37,188 nt of DNA from Beijerinckiaceae bacterium (GTDB lineage Bacteria; Pseudomonadota; Alphaproteobacteria; Rhizobiales; Beijerinckiaceae), in assembly GCA_035540795.1 (NCBI GenBank), contig DATLFZ010000304.1, positions 1-37,188 of the forward strand, given 5' to 3'. Shown one piece after another: positions 34,599 to 37,188 of this stretch; the first letter of the stretch is position 1, and every line of letters starts with the position of its first letter. Position numbers and translations under genes: made by a program. Below the pieces are notes generated by a model. That model ran no database searches. It saw nothing but the letters and a program-made list of their open reading frames with translations, and was not told the DNA's origin.

Positions 34599-36530
34599 AT
34601 GGCCCACGAGAACGCCGTCGCAACGGGGCACCCCGATTCCCCCGCCCCGCGCCTGACGGCCCTGCCCGAAGCCCACCACAAGGCCGGCTTCTGGACGCTC
34701 ACCATCGGCTGCGTCGGCGTCGTCTACGGCGACATCGGCACGAGCCCGCTCTACGCCTTCCGGGAGGCCGTGCGCGCCGTCTCCGGCGGCGGCGAGGTGA
34801 CCCGCGACGCGGTGCTCGGCGTCCTGTCCCTCATCTTCTGGGCGCTCACCCTCGTGGTGACGCTGAAATACGTGTTCATCCTCCTGCGGGCGAACAACAA
34901 CGGCGAGGGCGGCACCCTCAGCCTCGTCGCCCTGGCGCAGCGCGCCGTGGGTCAGCGCGGCGTCGTCCTCATCCTCGGCGCGGCCGGGGCGGGGCTGTTC
35001 TACGGGGACGCCATCATCACGCCGGCAATCTCCGTGCTCTCCTCCATCGAGGGCCTCAACATCGTCACGCCGGCCTTCGAGCCCTACGTGGTCCCGATCA
35101 CGGTGGCGATCCTGTGCGTCCTGTTCGCGGTCCAGAGCCAGGGCACCGCGAAGGTGGCGTTCTTCTTCGGCCCGGTGATGCTGGTCTGGTTCGCGATCCT
35201 GATCCTCACGGGCCTCCTGCACCTGTTCGACGACCCGGCCGTGTTCGGCGCCTTCAATCCGGCCTACGCCATCAGGATCTTCGTCGAGCATCCCGGCGTG
35301 TCGCTCATCGTGCTCGGGGCGGTCGCCCTCGTCGCGACCGGAACCGAGTCGCTCTACGCCGACCTCGGCCATTTCGGCCAGGGCCCGATCCGCACCGCGT
35401 GGCTCGGCCTCGTCTTCCCGGCCCTCCTGATCAACTATTTCGGGCAGGGCGCCCTCGTCCTCGCCCACCCGGAGACCATCGCCAACCCCTTCTTCCTCCT
35501 CGTGCCCGACTGGGCGACTCTCCCCCTCGTCGTCATGGCGACGATCGCCACGATCACCGCGAGCCAGGCGGTCATCACCGGCGCGTTCTCCCTCACCCGG
35601 CAGGCGATCCAGCTCGGGCTCCTCCCGCGCATGGAGATCCGCTTCACCTCGGCCTCGCACCAGGGCCAGATCTTCATGCCCCGGGTGAACGGGCTCCTCT
35701 TCGTCGGGGTCATGTTCCTGGTTCTCGTCTTCGGTTCGTCGAGCAACCTCGCCAGCGCCTACGGCATCTCCGTCTTCGGCGCGATGTCGGTGGACGCGCT
35801 CCTCGCCATCATCGTGATCTGGAAGGGGTGGCGGTGGGGCCTCGGGGCGGCGCTCGCGATCATGGTGCCGTTCCTCGTGATCGACCTGATGTTCTTCGCC
35901 GCGAACCTCACCAAGCTGTGGACCGGGGGCTACGTGCCCGTGATCATCGCCACCGTCATGACCGTCATCATGTCGACCTGGCTGAAGGGCACCCGCATCC
36001 TGTTCGAGAAGACCCGCAAGGTCGACGTGCCCCTGACCGAGCTGATCGGCATGCTCGAGAAGAGCCCGCCGCACCGGGTCAAGGGCACGGCGGTGTTCCT
36101 GACGAGCGACCCCGAGACCGCCCCGGCGGCGCTCCTCCACAACCTCAAGCACAACAAGGTGCTGCACGAGAAGAATGTCGTCCTGACCGTCAAGACCGTC
36201 GATACCCCGCGCGTGCCCGAGGACGAGCGCGTCCGGCTCGACCCCCTCGGCGACAGCTTTTGGAAGGTCGAGATGGTCTACGGCTACATGGAGACGCCGA
36301 ACATTCCCCGAGGCCTCGCCATCCTGCGCAAGCGCGGCTTCAAGTTCGACATCATGGCGACCTCGTTCTTCCTGTCGCGCCGCTCGATCCGCCCGGCGGC
36401 GCAGTCCGGCATGCCGATCTGGCAGGACAAGCTCTTCATCGGCCTCGCCAAGACCGCCAACGACGCCACCGACTTCTTCCAGATCCCGACCGGCCGCGTG
36501 GTGGAGGTGGGCACCCAGGTGACGGTGTGA
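34599..36530 (+). CDS. kup: potassium transporter Kup
   Basis: [60 protein letters not shown]. Confidence 0.96.
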   Translation: MAHENAVATGHPDSPAPRLTALPEAHHKAGFWTLTIGCVGVVYGDIGTSPLYAFREAVRAVSGGGEVTRDAVLGVLSLIFWALTLVVTLKYVFILLRANNNGEGGTLSLVALAQRAVGQRGVVLILGAAGAGLFYGDAIITPAISVLSSIEGLNIVTPAFEPYVVPITVAILCVLFAVQSQGTAKVAFFFGPVMLVWFAILILTGLLHLFDDPAVFGAFNPAYAIRIFVEHPGVSLIVLGAVALVATGTESLYADLGHFGQGPIRTAWLGLVFPALLINYFGQGALVLAHPETIANPFFLLVPDWATLPLVVMATIATITASQAVITGAFSLTRQAIQLGLLPRMEIRFTSASHQGQIFMPRVNGLLFVGVMFLVLVFGSSSNLASAYGISVFGAMSVDALLAIIVIWKGWRWGLGAALAIMVPFLVIDLMFFAANLTKLWTGGYVPVIIATVMTVIMSTWLKGTRILFEKTRKVDVPLTELIGMLEKSPPHRVKGTAVFLTSDPETAPAALLHNLKHNKVLHEKNVVLTVKTVDTPRVPEDERVRLDPLGDSFWKVEMVYGYMETPNIPRGLAILRKRGFKFDIMATSFFLSRRSIRPAAQSGMPIWQDKLFIGLAKTANDATDFFQIPTGRVVEVGTQVTV

Positions 36531-36562
36531 CTTCAGATGCGGGCGCCGCAGCGGCTCCGCTC

Positions 36563-37188
36563 ATGCGAGTTCTCGTCTGGAACGTCGAATGGAAGCCAGC
36601 GACCGGGTTGGCGGGCCGGACGATGCGTTCCCTCATCGAGGATTCCGCGCCCGACGTCGTCTGCATCACCGAGGGGCACGATTCCTTCGCGCCGGGTCCG
36701 GGCCATGTGATCGCGTCCGATCCGGACTACGGGTATCCCATCCGCGAGGGCCGCCGGAAGGTTCTGCTCTGGAGCCGGCACCCCTGGACCGACGTGGATC
36801 CCACAGGGCACCCGCGCCTCCCGCCCGGGCGCTTCATCGCAGGACGAACGGAGACTCCGATCGGCCCGGTCACAGTGCTCGGGGTTTGCATCCCTTATCC
36901 CCGTGCGCATGTCGGCACCGGACGCCGGGACAGAAGGCCCTGGGAGGATCACCGGGCCTATGTCGACGGCCTCGCATCGATCCTACGCCGCCTTTCGGGT
37001 TCGGGACCGATGGTGCTGGTCGGCGACTTCAATCAGTTCATCCCGCGACGGACCGCGCCGGCGGACGTGTTCGCGCAGCTGACTGCCGCCCTCGGCGAAC
37101 TTCGTGTCGTGACGGCCGGGAACATCCCCGGAATCGATCGCCCGGTCGTCGATCACGTCTGCCATTCGGGAGACCTGTGCTTCCACGG
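36563..37188 (+). CDS. endonuclease/exonuclease/phosphatase (EEP) family protein, truncated by the window end
   Basis: Open frame MRVLVWNVEW...PDVVCITEG...LVGDFNQ...VVDHV with no stop before 37188, which is why it is absent from the ORF track. Confidence 0.85.
   Translation, partial: MRVLVWNVEWKPATGLAGRTMRSLIEDSAPDVVCITEGHDSFAPGPGHVIASDPDYGYPIREGRRKVLLWSRHPWTDVDPTGHPRLPPGRFIAGRTETPIGPVTVLGVCIPYPRAHVGTGRRDRRPWEDHRAYVDGLASILRRLSGSGPMVLVGDFNQFIPRRTAPADVFAQLTAALGELRVVTAGNIPGIDRPVVDHVCHSGDLCFH

Overview
Very GC-rich, gene-dense chromosomal window of an alphaproteobacterium, probably Hyphomicrobiales/Methylobacteriaceae-like (inferred from gene content and REP-type repeats). I saw no rRNA, tRNA, CRISPR array, transposase or phage gene. 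Order: possible sRNA/3'UTR with terminator; 24-aa microprotein; AstE/AspA deacylase and orphan family-5 SBP; AhpD/CMD; hypothetical and tusA divergent from a degenerate moeA / moeA-PBP / WD40-cytochrome c operon; rhlE; stand-alone cNMP-binding protein and CyaC-like haem/2Fe-2S adenylate cyclase; SDR, methyltransferase, ACAD10/11-type dehydrogenase, otnK and Hyi-family isomerase; two small proteins; beta-hydroxyacid dehydrogenase and ALDH; GlxA regulator and soxBDAG; TerC; a 4-unit REP cluster; NitT/TauT ABC ATPase and permease; AraC-azlC-azlD; two single-domain response regulators; zur, ispG, kup; and a partial EEP-family gene. The best candidates for poorly described biology are the TusA/pseudo-MoeA/MoeA-PBP/WD40-cytochrome c module, the ACAD-OtnK catabolic run, two microproteins missed by the ORF track, and two AraC operator architectures readable from the DNA. 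All calls come from motif reading; no searches were run.
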